A stretch of 64,000 nt of DNA, from contig MU056000.1 in the NCBI GenBank assembly GCA_013239625.1, positions 12,971,175-13,035,174 on the forward strand, read 5' to 3'. Below, in pieces: positions 62,933 to 64,000 of the stretch. Every line of letters starts with the position of its first letter. Position 1 is the first letter of the stretch. Source of the DNA: Lama guanicoe. Lineage: Eukaryota. The notes beneath the pieces are model-generated. The model saw only the letters and a list, made by a program, of their open reading frames with translations, was not told the origin of the DNA and ran no database searches. A program made the position numbers and the translations under genes.

Positions 62933-64000
62933 ATAGGTACATACTATGTTAGGACCTGGGATGCAAAGAGGCAGAGCAGAATTCAAGGAATGATTGAGGA
63001 AAAATATTTAAAAAATTACAAGATCAATTTCTACAGGTCAAGAAGTCTAGAGGCCCCCTTCAAGAATCACAACCCCTGTGAAAAAGAAGATTCTATGGGT
63101 CTACATAGTCAAAAAACTAATCAAATAAACTTGAGGTCAGACCACAGTGATCCGTGTCACTACAGGGAGATCTGAAATCTGTAAATGAGGCAATTTCAGG
63201 GAGTATCAGTGATTAGAAGGCAAGTTGAGGTCTGGTCAAGGGTTCGGTGTTAGACCAAGGGACTGAGTAACAGTCTCAAAGCACTGGCATCACGAATAAA
63301 ACAGGAAATTATTTAGAAGCTGTGTGGATAATCTCCATTTCCCTAGGCTCCTGGAAATATGAAGGACGTTTATCATAAAAGCACTCCCAGCTTCTCATCA
63401 CACCTCTCACTCTTTCCTCACTATGGAGTGAAGACAACTGTCTTATCTGATCAGTGACTTAATCTAGTTTGGAAGAAATACCTGAGTATGCTCTGCCCAG
63501 ACCTTCCTTTTTCAGAGTCAGTGCAAATTCCAGAGGAATTTTTTTTTCCTCTGTATCCAATGACCTTCTATTTCACGTGGTCCAAAAGTAAAGCATGAGT
63601 GAACTCATTTCTCTACAGAAGCAAAGCTACTTTCTCTGATGCATGTGTGATAAATAGAGCTGGCATTTTGATCTCCATCAGATCCTGTTTCTCAGAGGTT
63701 TTGAATTTGGGGAAGAGGGATATAAATTATTTTCTCCATACAACTCCAACCGAGGAACTTATATAACAATGAGTATTGGCCCAGAGCCAAGACTATGTTG
63801 TAGATAGAAGTGATCATTGCCTGGAAAATATTGATATGTTACATGTTACAGAATTCTTTACAAAAGTCTGTACCTATGCCTTTATTTTATGGGTTGTACA
63901 TTGATTGCAAAACAATCATAGGAGGCAAGCTGGATAGGAACAGAAATTTCCTGAGTAAGATAACATATTTGACAAACAAGTCATTCATTTTTTTTAAAAA

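Noticed and set aside
1..64000. CRISPR arrays, operons or other prokaryotic-type systems
   Set aside because: The sequence is mammalian (L1, L2, MIR, MaLR, camelid-type SINE), and no repeat-spacer array or gene cluster is present.

Overview
AT-rich, repeat-dense mammalian DNA, very probably camelid (camel/alpaca/llama), based on a tRNA-derived Vic-1-type SINE at 24693-24839 and camelid-type L1 3' ends. It reads as intergenic DNA or a long intron. I recognise no intact protein-coding gene, RNA gene or CRISPR array, and the ORFs I could assign are transposon remnants or repeat artefacts. Content: a 5'-truncated young L1 spanning an 89-N gap, older L1 fragments, many L2/MIR relics, numerous MaLR (MLT1) and ERVL (LTR16, LTR33) LTRs, a truncated ERVL provirus, an intact ERV1-type solo LTR, and hAT and Tigger remnants. 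I found no convincing new biological system. The best leads are: (i) a GC-richer ~720 bp block (21621-22345) with three phase-compatible exon-like units fused to an L1 3' end, suggesting a captured unspliced gene fragment; (ii) an exact 27-bp local templated insertion plus foldback inside an L1 (13116-13176); (iii) a perfect 18-bp hairpin (17103-17149); (iv) a degenerate 18-bp repeat that reads as a mucin-like peptide; (v) several orphan exon candidates. Repeat family names come from recalled consensus motifs, not a database search, and boundaries of old elements are approximate.
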